Below, piece after piece: positions 48,393 through 60,149 of a DNA stretch of 64,000 nucleotides. Made by a program: the position numbers and the translations under genes. This stretch comes from Hypanus sabinus. Its lineage: Eukaryota. Numbering within the stretch: position 1 is the first letter of the stretch; each line of letters starts with the position of its first letter. The notes below the pieces were generated by a model, which was given only the letters and a program-made list of their open reading frames with translations, had not been told where the DNA came from and ran no database searches. The stretch is from NCBI RefSeq assembly GCF_030144855.1, contig NC_082708.1, positions 26,846,001 through 26,910,000 on the forward strand, given 5' to 3'.

Positions 48393-49486
48393 AAGGTAAA
48401 TCTATTGATGATTTTAAAAACTGCAAGTTTACATGAAATAACAAATTGTTTGCTTGATTCTCTAAAGAAAAATAATGATAGATTATTTTAGAAGACCCTT
48501 CTCAATTCATCTTATGAACATTTGTTGAGATTTTTCTAAGCATTATTGATGCTGAATTTCTGACAATGCTTTTATGTCTCAAAGCAGAATGGTTGCTCAG
48601 CAACATAAGAGACAGAAGACAAAATCCTATTCAATGCATCACTTTGGAAGGGATCGATTAATTCAAGTGGTTTAGTTGTAAATATTGGGATAAGCAACAA
48701 TAACATTCTCTCAATAGTCTTAATAAGAATATTGTATTAATTATTCAGTCATCATAAATCTGAGACCATGACAATGGGACTATGAATATTAATAATCCAA
48801 AGCATTTTTATTTTACTTCTGATATGTGTTAGAAAAATGTGTCTTCATATTCAATAAGAAATGTAATTGAAATTGTAAAAGATTACCCTTCATTATACAT
48901 GTAAAATCAGTATTCATGGTCATTAAATGAGCCAATTGTCACAAAAGCTCATCTAGAATTTAGGGAAGGTATCTGCCTTGCCTACATGGCACATTCTTTT
49001 CTTACGGAAATATCCGCATGATGCTAAGCTAGGGCACATCGTCAGAGATGTTACCTGGGGTCGTCAGGTGTTTCAGGTCTTTCAATATCATACACCCTCG
49101 CCCAGGCAACCCAACTGGGGTTGATCAGACTCCAGCCTGTGCCCTAGCAGCAACCCACTGATCTGCCCTCTTTATCCAGAGCCACCTTGACACTTTCTCT
49201 GCTGCGTCTGTGACGGTAGGAATGGGTCGCCTTCTTCTGTCTCCCGTGATTCCAAGTGCAGTGTATACTTTGCAGAGTGACTGGCCTGCAAAGCAGACTA
49301 CCTATGATTGCAGACTCAACAATATGATTGATTTTCACCTGCTTTGGGGGAAATATAGAAGGATCATAAATGCTTGCCTTGCCAGCTATGTCCATATCAT
49401 GTGAACAAAAAAGGTTCCATAGAATATACTGTAACAAAAAAAATCTACACCTAATTCTATCAACTTCCCTGCAGGAAATTTTCACA

Positions 49487-50035
49487 CAGTGACCACTTTA
49501 TTAGGTACACCTGTTCAATCATGCAAATCAGTCAATCTAATCAACCAATCATGTGGCAGCAACTCAATGACTAAAACATGCATATATGGTCAAGAGATTC
49601 AGTTGTTGTTCAGAATGGGGAAGAAATGTGATCTGAGTGACTTTGACCATGGAATGATTGTTGGTGCCAGACGGGGTGGTTTGAGTATCTCAGAAACTGC
49701 TGATCTCCTGGAATTTCCACGCACAACAGTCTCTAGAGTTTACAGAGCAAAAACAAAGAATCATCTAGTTGGTGGCAGTTCTGTAGACAAAAACACCTGA
49801 TTAATGGGAGAGGAGAGGCTAGAAGAGAATGGCCACACTGGTTTGAGCTGATGGAAGGTGACCGTAACTCAAATGACCAAGTATTACTACAGAAGTGTGC
49901 AGAAGAACATCTCTGAATGCACAACATGGCAAACCTTGAAGTGGGTGGGCTACAGCAGCAGAGGACCATGAAGATACACTCAGTGGCTGCTTTATTAGGT
50001 ACTGGAGGTATTTAATAAAATGGCCACTGAATGTA
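49487..50035 (+). mobile_element. Internally deleted Tc1-family element retaining the transposase N-terminus
   Basis: ORF with KKCDLSDFDHGMIVGARRGGLSISETADLL..TTVSRVYR (resembles DD36E/Incomer-type N-termini; inference); TIR cagtg(g/a)ccactttattaggtac. Confidence 0.75.
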
Positions 50036-50499
50036 GCTTTAAATTGTTCACTAAAAGTCAGACTTCAACATCAGAAATTTGTCTTAAAATATTAACAGTA
50101 GGCAATGGTTATTATAATGTGTTTGTGATAGTCTATGTGGATTTACCCATTGAAACTAGCCCTCTATATTCCCTCTGAGAAAACAAGGCCAGAACTGAGG
50201 CTAGTTAATATTTGGGAGCACAGTGGATGGAGCAGCATTAGTAAAGGGAGACAGACAGTCAACATTTTGGGACAAGACCCTTCATCTGAGAAGTAGGAGG
50301 GAAATAGCCAGTGCGAAGAGGTGAGGGCATGGTGTAGGGCTCAGATGGGGGGGACTGGAGGGAGAAAGGAAAAGTGGAAATAGCAACAGAGGCTGGCAGG
50401 TGTCACGTGGAGGTAATAAAGGGCTGCAGATGATGGAACCTATTACAGAAGGAAAGTGGATCATGGAACTAAATACAGAAGGTGGTGTAGGCAGATGGG

Positions 50500-51130
50500 A
50501 ACAGTGGGGCGAGTGAACCCAGTTGGAAGATTTGGAGAGGGAATTCAGTTGGGTAAGTGTGAGAGAGTACACCCAGATAGAAGAGTTGGAGAAGAGATCC
50601 AGTTGGAAGTGTTGGAGAGGGGACACTCAGATGAAAGATTAGGAGAGGAGACCTGGTTGGAAGAGTTGGAGATTGTCACAGCTGGAGGAGTGTGATAGAA
50701 GGATCCCACTTGGAAAAGTTGGAGAGGGGGCACAGCTGGAAGAGTGTGAGAGAGGGGACAGCTGCAAAAATTGGAGAGGGGGCACAGCTGGAAGAGTGTG
50801 ATAGAAGGGTCCCAGTTGGAAACGTTGGAGAGGGGGCACAGCTGGAAGAGTGTGATAGAAGGGTCCCAGTTGGAAACGTTGGAGAGGGGGCACAGCTGGA
50901 AGAGTGTGAGAGAGATGACCCGGTCAGAAGAGTTGGAGAGGGGACACAGCTGGAAGGGTTGAAAAATGTGAGAGAGGGAATCCAGCTGGAAGAGTTGGAG
51001 AGGGAACTCGGTTCGAATGTTTGGAGAGGGAACTCAGTTGAAAGAATGTGTGAGTGGGATCCAGTTGGAAGAGTTGGTGAGGGGACTGGGTTGGAAGAGT
51101 TGGAGAGGGAACTCAGTTGGAAGGCTATAT
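50500..51130. repeat. Purine-rich minisatellite, ~27-bp monomer with a 54-bp dimeric unit
   Basis: ggagagggggcacagctggaagagtgtga... starts at 50773, 50827 and 50881; degenerate monomers on both sides. Confidence 0.9.
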
Positions 51131-52369
51131 GGTTGGGAAAGAAACAGGGTCAGGGACTTGGGAAATGTGGGGGGTGGGAGAAGAGAGACTGGGAGTTTGG
51201 TGTGTGAGGATAGACCAGGAGGAGAGAGAAAGTGACACAGTGGGAGAAGGTTAACTGAAATTGGAGAATTCAATCTTTATGCCTCAGGCAAAATATGGAG
51301 CTTGTCATCAGTTTTTTTGCCACAGTTGCCAGGATCTGCACTCTTGTGTGTACCCAAGCTTCTGTTTCCAGTACTCATATTGTTGCAATTTTTTAATTAG
51401 TAACTTGTACCTTTTCCTCTTTATTTCTTCCCTTCCCCTAAGCCAGTGTGTTTTCTGCTCACACAGCACACTAGAGGAACTCAGCAAATCAGGCAGCATC
51501 TATGGAGAGAAATGGACAGTCAACTCAGGAACATTACTTCATTAATACAATTTTTACATTATTCAGTTATTTTGTAATTTATACTAATTTGATGTCTTAC
51601 ACTGTAATTTCAAATCCTATCAGACAGCGATAATAAATCTGATTCTGATGCTGACATTTTAGGTTAAGACTGTTTCTCTGGACTTCCAGAACTAAAAGGT
51701 AAAATGTCTGTTTCTCTCCATAGATCTGCTGATGTCCTTCAGTATGTTGTACATTGCTCCAGATCCCAGAACTTGTGGTATCTTGTGCCTCATGCTATCT
51801 CTAGAATATTTCTACAGATGTGCTGTGGAGAGCATTCTGACAGGTGGCATCACTGTCTTATATGGAGGGTCCAATGCCCAGGATCGAAAGAGGCTGCAGA
51901 GGTTTTTAGACTTCTCCATCACTCACAAGCTTCCCCACACTATTGAGGACATGTTCACAAGTCAGTGCCTCAAGAAGGCAACAGCCAACATTAAGGACTG
52001 TCATCAGCCAGGATTCTCTTCTCATTACTACCATCAAGAAGGAGATAAAGAAGCTTGAAGATCCTCACAACGTTTCATGAGCAACTTCTTTCCCTTTGCT
52101 ATCAGATTTCTGAATGGTCCATGAACCTATCAACACTTACCTCGCAGTTCCTCTTTTGTACTTTTCATTTGTTCGTTTTTTGTAATTTATTGTAATTTAT
52201 CTATGTTTTGATCTATAGTACTGCTGCAAAAGAACGTATTTTACGACTTACGTCAGTGATAATAAGCAGGATTCTGATTCTGACCTAACTGTCGGATTTG
52301 CCTGTTTTTCGGCTACAGTAATGGAGGTGGAGCTATCCCAGAATCCACCTCGACCAGGAATTGCCTGTA

Positions 52370-52589
52370 TAACATCCGCAGGGTGTTGCGCGGTACTCCC
52401 GCGTGTAGATGGCGCCGAGCGTGGGCGAAATGTCCGCCCTCGGCACTATTGCGGGAAGAGACGCTGCTGAAGGGTCAAAGCGAAACGAAGGGCGGTTGCA
52501 GTGGAAGCACTGGAGAGAGGATCAGGTGAGGGAATTCGCCTCACAGTTCGGTCTGCTCCCTGCGTGCTAACACCCCCGCTTGGCGCCTG
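52370..52589. promoter_or_regulatory. CpG-island promoter and 5' UTR of LIPT1
   Basis: CpG-dense; YY1-like AGATGGCG near 52407; GC boxes; donor CAG|GTGAGG at 52526. Confidence 0.7.
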
Positions 52590-53717
52590 ATGCCCTACTT
52601 GCATGCCGGACTCCGAGCAGCATGGAGAGGGCTCTCCCCTGCTCGGTGCACCACCCTGACCGCTTTGCAAGACCCTAAGGCCGGCGCCCTCGTCCTGAAG
52701 TCCCTATCCACCGATGTCTACGAGAACCTGGGGCTGGAGGACTGGCTGCACCAGTGCGTGCAGCCCCAGGACCGGGAGGTGCTCCTGCTGTGGAGGAATA
52801 GCCCGGCCGTGGTCATCGGCCGCCACCAGAACCCCTGGCAAGAATGCAACCTGAAGCTGATGAGGCACAAGGACGTTCAGCTCAGCCGCAGGAGAAGCGG
52901 GGGAGGCACTGTCTACCACGACCTGGGCAACATTAACGTGACCTTCTTTACCTCCAAGAAGCGATACGACAGGCGCGGCAACCTGGAACTGATCATCTCT
53001 GCCCTGAGGAGGATTCGACCTCACTTGGACATCATGGCCACAGACAGGCTGGATCTGCTGCTCAACCGTGCCTTCAAGATCTCGGGGACAGCCTCCAAGA
53101 TCGGAAGGACCACTGCTTACCACCATTGCACCTTGCTGTGTAATTCAGATAGCTCGCTATTGTCCTCTGTGCTCTGCACTCCTCATCGGGGTCTGAAAAG
53201 CAATGCTACCCCTAGTATACCGGCCATTGTGAAAAACCTCCAGGAAGAGGATCCCACTCTCACTTGCGACACCTTGATGGACGCTATCGCAGCCGAGTAC
53301 TCAAGGCGCCATGGCCTCCAAAACCAAATCTTGCACATTGATCCCAAAGACACTTTGGTGCTACCAGGAGTTGACAAGTTTACACAAGAGCTTAAAAGCT
53401 GGGACTGGATCTATGGAAGAACACCCACATTTAGTGTCTGTCACACCTTCTCTGTGGACCATAACTTATCGAGGGCAGAAGTTAAACTGAGTATGAACAT
53501 AAACCGTGGCCGGATTGAAACCTGTAACATTGATGTCTTGTCTGACTGGCTGCCATCAGAAATGTGTGACCAGCTGGCCACCGACCTCCTTGGCAGCAAG
53601 TTTTGTCCCACTGAAACGATGGTTTTGGCAAATTCCCACTTAAGGGTTTGTACCCAGGATAGCATACTCCATAATAAATGGAATTTACTTTGTGAGCAAG
53701 TTACAGCAATTATGTAA
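52590..53717 (+). CDS. LIPT1: Lipoyltransferase 1, mitochondrial (375 aa)
   Basis: VVIGRHQNPWQECNL, RRRSGGGTVYHDLGN, FKISGTASKIGRTTAYHHCTLL, WDWIYGRTP and C-terminal KWNLLCE motifs; Arg/Leu-rich N-terminus consistent with a mitochondrial presequence. Confidence 0.97.
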   Translation: MPYLHAGLRAAWRGLSPARCTTLTALQDPKAGALVLKSLSTDVYENLGLEDWLHQCVQPQDREVLLLWRNSPAVVIGRHQNPWQECNLKLMRHKDVQLSRRRSGGGTVYHDLGNINVTFFTSKKRYDRRGNLELIISALRRIRPHLDIMATDRLDLLLNRAFKISGTASKIGRTTAYHHCTLLCNSDSSLLSSVLCTPHRGLKSNATPSIPAIVKNLQEEDPTLTCDTLMDAIAAEYSRRHGLQNQILHIDPKDTLVLPGVDKFTQELKSWDWIYGRTPTFSVCHTFSVDHNLSRAEVKLSMNINRGRIETCNIDVLSDWLPSEMCDQLATDLLGSKFCPTETMVLANSHLRVCTQDSILHNKWNLLCEQVTAIM

Positions 53718-53888
53718 TTTTTGGTCTGAATGATTGTAGAGGATACACTGTACAACTGGATAGTCTTGAATTTAATACAGCTGAAACTACAAGCTGTTAG
53801 CTTGAATCTGGAGAAAGTTTGTTCTGTTTTATAACTCTTACGCAAAGATGAATTTTACCAAAATATTTTCTCTTTTATACTCCACTTT

Positions 53889-53894
53889 ATTAAA
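53889..53894 (+). terminator. Poly(A) signal ATTAAA of LIPT1
   Basis: About 170 nt after the stop codon, in an AT-rich 3' UTR. Confidence 0.5.
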
Positions 53895-53909
53895 TTAAAT
53901 ATGAAAATA

Positions 53910-54386
53910 CACTCAATGGCCACTTTATTGGGTACAGGAATGAACCTGATTTGACCTTCTGTCTCTGTCATCCATCCACTTCAAGGTTCAATGCATTGTG
54001 TGTTCAAAGAGGCTCCTCTTCACTGTTGTAACAAGTGGTTATCTGAGTTACTGTCTCCATCCCGTCAGCTTGAACCAGTCTGGCCATTCTCTTCTAACCT
54101 CACTCATTAACAAGACACTTTTGCTCAAAGAACTGCCGCTCACTCGTTTTTCTTTTGTTTTTTTACTCCATTTTCTGTAAACTCTACAGATTGTTGTGCA
54201 TGAAAATCCCAGGGGACCAGCAGTTGCTGAGATACTCAAAACACCCTGTCTGGCACCAACAGCCATTCCACAGTCAAAGTTATTTAGGTCATATTATTTG
54301 TTGATTTGCTGCCAGATGATTGGTTGTTTAGATATTTGCATTAATTAGCAAGGTACAAGTGTACCTAATAAAGTGGGCACTAAGTG
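53910..54386 (-). mobile_element. Tc1-family non-autonomous element
   Basis: TA flanks 53908-09 and 54387-88; TIRs cactcaatggccactttattgggtaca / tgtacctaataaagtgggcactaagtg. Confidence 0.8.
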
Positions 54387-54999
54387 TAACTGCACACACA
54401 AAATGCTGGTGGCACTCAGCAGACCAGGCAGCATCTATGGAAAAAAGTAAACAGTTGATTTTTCAGGCTGAGATGCTGCTATCCCATAGATGCTGCCTGC
54501 CCTGCTGAGTTCCTCCAGCATTTTGTGTGTGTTGCTTTGGATTTCCAGCATCTGTCAGGGTTTTGTCAGTGTGAATAGAAACAGGGTGCTTAATTTTAAA
54601 TTAAAATTGGAAATTTTTGGAATTATGCTGTCTTGGTCTCTATGTATTTACAGCATTGCCAATTTATTGCAGATACCACACTTCTGGAGTATTTTTACAG
54701 AGCCCTCGAACATTAATCCAGAGATTTAAAATCCCATTCTGGATCACTGAAGAAATTAAATTTGTGCTGAAATATTTCTGCAATTTAAAAGGAAGATCAT
54801 CTCAGAAATATACACAATCTTCTGGATTGTGAAAACGAACATCTTGTTTACTTGAGTGTTGAAAATGACTGAAGTTCAAAGTACTTTTATTATCAAAGTA
54901 TGTATACATTATACAGCCTTGAGATTCGTCTCCTTACAGGCAGCCACAAAACAAGGAAACCCAATAGTACCAATTTTTAAAAAAAGATTGTCGAACACC

Positions 55000-55990
55000 C
55001 AACTCTACTTACTTTACACTTATGACCATGTGGCTAAGTACAGCTTCAATGCCATGTTCAAGTTTGCTGCCGTAGGCTGAATCAATGATTGTGATAAATC
55101 ACCACACAGGAGGAGATTGAAAATCTGGCTGAGTAGTGCCATAACAGCAACCTTTCATTCAATGTCAGCAAGACCAAGGATCTGACTATAGATTTCAGGC
55201 AAAGGAAACCAGTAGTCCATGAGTCAATCCTCATTGGAGGACCGGAGGTGGAGAGAGTTTAAATTCCTAGGTGTTATTATTTCAGAGGACCTGTCCTGGG
55301 TCGAGCATGTGCGCAATTATGAAGAAAGCATGGAAGCACGTCTAATTCCTTTGGAGTCTGCGATGATTCGGGATGACATCCAAAACTTTGTCAAACTCCT
55401 ATAGAGTATATTGACTGGCTGCATGAGAGCCTAGTATGGAAAAACCAATTCCCTGAATGGAAAATTCTACAAAAAGTAATGGATATGGCCCGGTCCATCA
55501 CAGGTAAAGACCTCCCAACCACTGAGCCCATCTCTATGGAGCATTGTCACAGGAAAGCAACTTCCACCATCAGGGACACCCATGTTCTCGTCTCACTGCT
55601 GCCATCGGAAGAAGATACAAGAGCCTTAGGATTTGTACCGCCAGGTTTAGGAATAGTTGCTACCCCTCAACCATCAGTCTCTGAACAAAGGGGATAACCA
55701 CTCAACTGCCCCATCATTGAAATGTTCTCACAACCAATGGACTCACTTTCAAATACTCTTCATCTCTTATTCTTGATATTTATTGCTTATTTATTTATAT
55801 TATTGTTTCTTATTGCATTTGCACAGTTCGGAGACTTCTGCACTCTGATTGAATCCACAAGTTGAGCGGCCTTTTGTTGATTCTGTTATAGTTTCTAGTC
55901 TATAGATTTGTTGAGTATGCCCACAAGAAAAAATATCTCGGGGCTGTATATGGGGACAGGTATGTACTTTGATAATAAACTTACTTTGAA
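55000..55990 (+). mobile_element. Rex1/Babar LINE 3' fragment
   Basis: LYLLYTYD..KFA, FKFLGVIISEDLSW; tail tactttgataataaacttactttgaactttga. Confidence 0.75.
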
Positions 55991-57959
55991 CTTTGAATGT
56001 GTAGAAAAAAATACAAATGAATACAATAAAAGTAAGCAAACAATGTTCAGAACTGAATGTCACAGAAGTGAGTGTGCAGCCATGAAGCCAGTCATCATCG
56101 TAGCCAGTCTTGGAGCTCATTACCCACAGCCTCAGCTCAGCGTAGAGATGAGTAAACCTTGTGGAGCAGCTAGCTGAACACTTGCCCATCCCTATCCTGT
56201 GGCCCTGACAGTATCTTTTCCTCTCATTTTGTGCTGCTTATTTAATTCATCTATAAACCTATTTAATTGAGTAACAAATTAGGTATTTAAATGAAATACA
56301 GAACAAACACTACAACAGTATTGTAAAGCTGAGTATCAGTTCTTTATAGTTATTGATGGAGGAATTCAGCCAGTACGCTACAGTACTCTCCTGATAGACT
56401 GTAAATGAACAAAATCAGTGTAGATGTGTAGTGCAGAAAAAGGACTGCCTTTATGCAATGCTTTTGACAATTGAATCCTCCAAATCTTCATTTTCATTGT
56501 AACATTTTAATACTTTCAATGTAATTCCCAATTTGCTGAAATAGTGAAATCATTTCATTTTCACTCCCGGCCATTTCTGTCATCTCCAAGCCTGAATGCT
56601 TGAAACCGCAGTGAGCAAAGTAAGTTCTAAGTTAACTTGTTACTGATTTCTCGCCAATAATCAGTGACATAAATCACTGCTTCTTGAACACAAACAGATG
56701 CAACTGGTGCTATTCAAAACTGTTTGCTCTGTTGTGTCGATGAGCGATGCAGGTATACACAATCGATGCAAGTTAGAAACTGGCAACAGTCTCCTGCCCC
56801 AGTTAAGTGGTATAATCTAAATAAACTAAGGACATCCAACTATTTTTTCAATTAGTTTTTGTTCTTTAAGTGTTATCCCAAGTAAGTGGTTGCTCCAACT
56901 TACTGATGGCCCAATTATCCAGAACACACTGTACTTCTAATAATTTTTATTATGTATTGCTGCCGTAAAACAACAGATTTCATGATATATGCCAGTATTA
57001 TTAAACCTGATTCTGATTTTTGCATTGAGCTTGTACTAACATGACATCCAAACGCCTCCTATACAATTGTTGTGTGACTCTATATTGACCAAGGGAAATA
57101 GGAAAACTAAGTGAGAGAAAAACATTGTCAGAAGGGAAGGATTTGAAGGAGACATAGAACATTGAACAGTATAGCACAGGGACAGACCCTTCAGCCCACA
57201 AAGTGGTGCTGATCCAATTAGTAATCAAATGGGCAACCTAACATAGAACATCGCAAAGTAGAGGGAGAAATAACAACATTCAAAAAACACTTGGAGAGTT
57301 ACATACATAGGAGGGGTTTAGAGGGATATGGCCAAACAGGAGCAAATGGGATTATCTTAATAGGCAGTCAGCATGGACAGGATGGGCTGAATGGTCTGTT
57401 TCTATGCTGTTTTACTCCAAGATGACAAAGCAGGGAGATCAGAAGATAAAGTTTGGAGCAGAGAATTATGCTCTGTGCTTTTGAATTAGTTCCATTTGCT
57501 TGCTGTGGAAGTAATATAATTTTTTTTTTGTAAGTTCTAACCATGACTCCACTATTCTGGTACCATACTCCCAATGTAAAATAAAACTTCCTCACCAGTT
57601 TGCCTTTTCCTCATATTAAATTTATACCTTGTTCATAATAAAATGCATTTATTCAGCACATAATAATGTCGTACAGAAGTGTCACTATTAACTGTGTGCT
57701 GTCCTCAATGTATTGCAGTAACTCAGTAAGTCATTGTGGAGAGACCCCCGAAGGTGATTAACTCCATCCTCAGAGACTTGGGTAGGTGGGAGATCACACT
57801 TTGCCTTAAAGTAGTATGAGACTTCATTTATCCCAGTAGCAGTTCAGCATCTTCTTTAAGGCCTGTGGGGAAGGGCAGCGAACACTGTCCTTGACCGAGA
57901 CACTCGTTTCACAAATTAATTTAATAGTGAAAAGTACCATTTAATCCAGGATAGTGGTG

Positions 57960-58490
57960 ATAAAACTCATTTTCTGAGGGCTAGAATGTAAAAGCAAGGA
58001 TGTAATACTGAGGCTTTATACGACCTTGTCATACTTCACTTAGAATACTGTTTTCGCCCCCTTATCTAAGAAAGGATATGCTGGCATTGGAGAGGACCAG
58101 AGGTGATTCACAAGAATTATCCCAGGCATGAAAGGGTTAACATATGAGGAACGTTTGATGGCTCGGGGAATATTGAAAGGCCCAGAAAGAGTATATGTTT
58201 CCTATAATGGAGGAGCCTAGGATCAGAGGACATAGCCTCAGAATTCAAGGATGTCCCTTTAGAACAGAAATGAGGAATTTCTTTAGCCAGAGGGTGCTCG
58301 TTTCCACTGACAGCTGTGGAGGCCAAATTATTAGATGCATTTGAAGTGGCAATCGATAGGTTCTTGATTAGTAAGTGTGTCAAGGGTTACAGAGAGAAGG
58401 TAGTAGAATGGGATTGAGAGAGAGAATAAATCAGCCATGATGGAATGGCGGAGAAGATGCAAAGGGACACCATTCTGCTCTTATGTCCTA
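57960..58490 (+). mobile_element. CR1 LINE 3' fragment
   Basis: ccttatctaagaaaggatatgctggcattggagagg...aggaatttctttagccagaggg. Confidence 0.75.
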
Positions 58491-58499
58491 AGGAATCAT

Positions 58500-59560
58500 T
58501 CAAAGAAAATTTTATTACCAAAGTACATATGTTACCATATACAACCCTGAGATTCATTTTCCAGTGGACATACTCAGTAAGCCTATATATTAATAACTAT
58601 AATAGGATCAATGAGAGATCAACCAGAGTGCAGAAGACAACAAAGTGTGTAAACAACACCCTGATGTTTGAGGGGTTGTAACTGTTCTTGAACCTGGTGG
58701 TGTGAGCCCTGAGACCCTTGTACCTTCTACCTAATGGCAGCAGTGAGAAGAGATTATGGCCTGGGTGGTGAGGATCTCTGATGATGGATGCTGCTTTCCT
58801 ACAACAGCGTTTCACATGGATTTGCTCAATGGTTGATGGCTTTACCCATGATGTACTGGGCTGAATCCACTACTTTTTGTACAATTTCCTATTCAAAGGT
58901 GTTGGTGTTTCCATACCAGACCATGATGCAGTCAATCAGTACACGTTCCACTACACACCTATAGGGGTTTGTCAGTGTTAGATGTCATGCTGAATCTCCG
59001 CAGACTCCTAAGGAAGTAGAGGTGCTACTGTGCTTTATTCGCAATTGTATTTACATGTTGGGCCCAGGACAGATCCTTTGAAATAGCAACACCCAGGAAT
59101 TTAAAGTTGTTAACCCTTTCCACCTCCAATTTTCCAAGGAGGACTGGCTCAAGGTCCTCTGGTTTCCCTCTCCTGAAGTCTACAATCAGCTCCTTGGTCT
59201 TTCTGATGTTGACTGAGAGAGTGTTGTTATGACACCACTCGGCCAAAGTTTTAATCTCCCTCCTGTATGATGATTCGTCACCAGCTTCGATATGACCCAC
59301 AACAGAGGTGTTATCAGCAAACTTGAATATGGTGTTGGAGCTGTTCTTAACCACACAGACATAGGTGTAAAGCGAGTAGAGCAGGGGGCTAAGCACTCAG
59401 ACTGTGCTGATGGAGCTCGTGCAGAAGATGTTGCTACCAATCCAAACTGACTGGGCTCTACAAGTGAGGAAACCCAGGATCCAATTGAACAAGGAGGTAG
59501 GTCTTGGTGCTTATTGATTAGTTTTGAGGTGATGATGGTATTGAATGCTGAGTTGTAGTT
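58500..59560 (-). mobile_element. Rex1/Babar LINE RT fragment
   Basis: ORF LSPLLYSLYT..IFKFADNTSVVG..KTKELIVDFRR..FKFLGVAI. Confidence 0.85.
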
Positions 59561-60149
59561 GATTTAGGAAGATTCTGAAATGTGATAATCATGGGTTAAA
59601 TAGGCACCTCTGTCTATTTTATGTGCAGGATCCCTGTACCCAATGCATTAATTTTAAAATCTGATTAATGTATTGAAACCCCTCCATATCTTTTTTTTAA
59701 TGTACTAAAACCTAGACCCCTCAATGGTATATTTGAAAATCCATATTGTATTTAATTGTACCAGGCCAGGTGATGATCTAATGCCTTTAAATATATTCCC
59801 TTTTATATATCAGAACGAGTCTCCAAAGTGAGGATGAAAACAGGTAGATATGTTCCCAAATCAAACAGCGCAGGTACATAATTCATCTCTGTCCATTCTC
59901 TTCATGTAATGTGTCTGTCGGACACCACCATTGTGTCTGCCTTCACTGCAAGCTGTGGGAGTGTGTCCTGGGGACCTACCACTCACTAGAAAAAAAATTG
60001 CCCCCTCTCACCTTAAAGTTCTGCTCTGGAAAAGAGATTCTAACTACAGGTATCTACCCCAAGTTTTCTCAACCGGAGTTCTATAAAAGGTCGGTAGGGG
60101 TTCTGCGAGGAATCGTGTTTGGAAAAAAAAACACACACTTCCTCTTCCT

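Noticed and set aside
50692-51207. Repetitive Glu/Gly-rich 171-aa ORF, or a CRISPR-like array
   Set aside because: By-product of a tandem repeat; there are no unique spacers and the context is eukaryotic
52409-52525. 39-codon upstream ORF as an N-terminal LIPT1 exon
   Set aside because: Its phase-0 donor would join the available acceptors (52617, 52620) out of frame with LIPT1
52446-53845. Several minus-strand ORFs overlapping LIPT1
   Set aside because: Antisense shadows of a GC-rich CDS with no independent support
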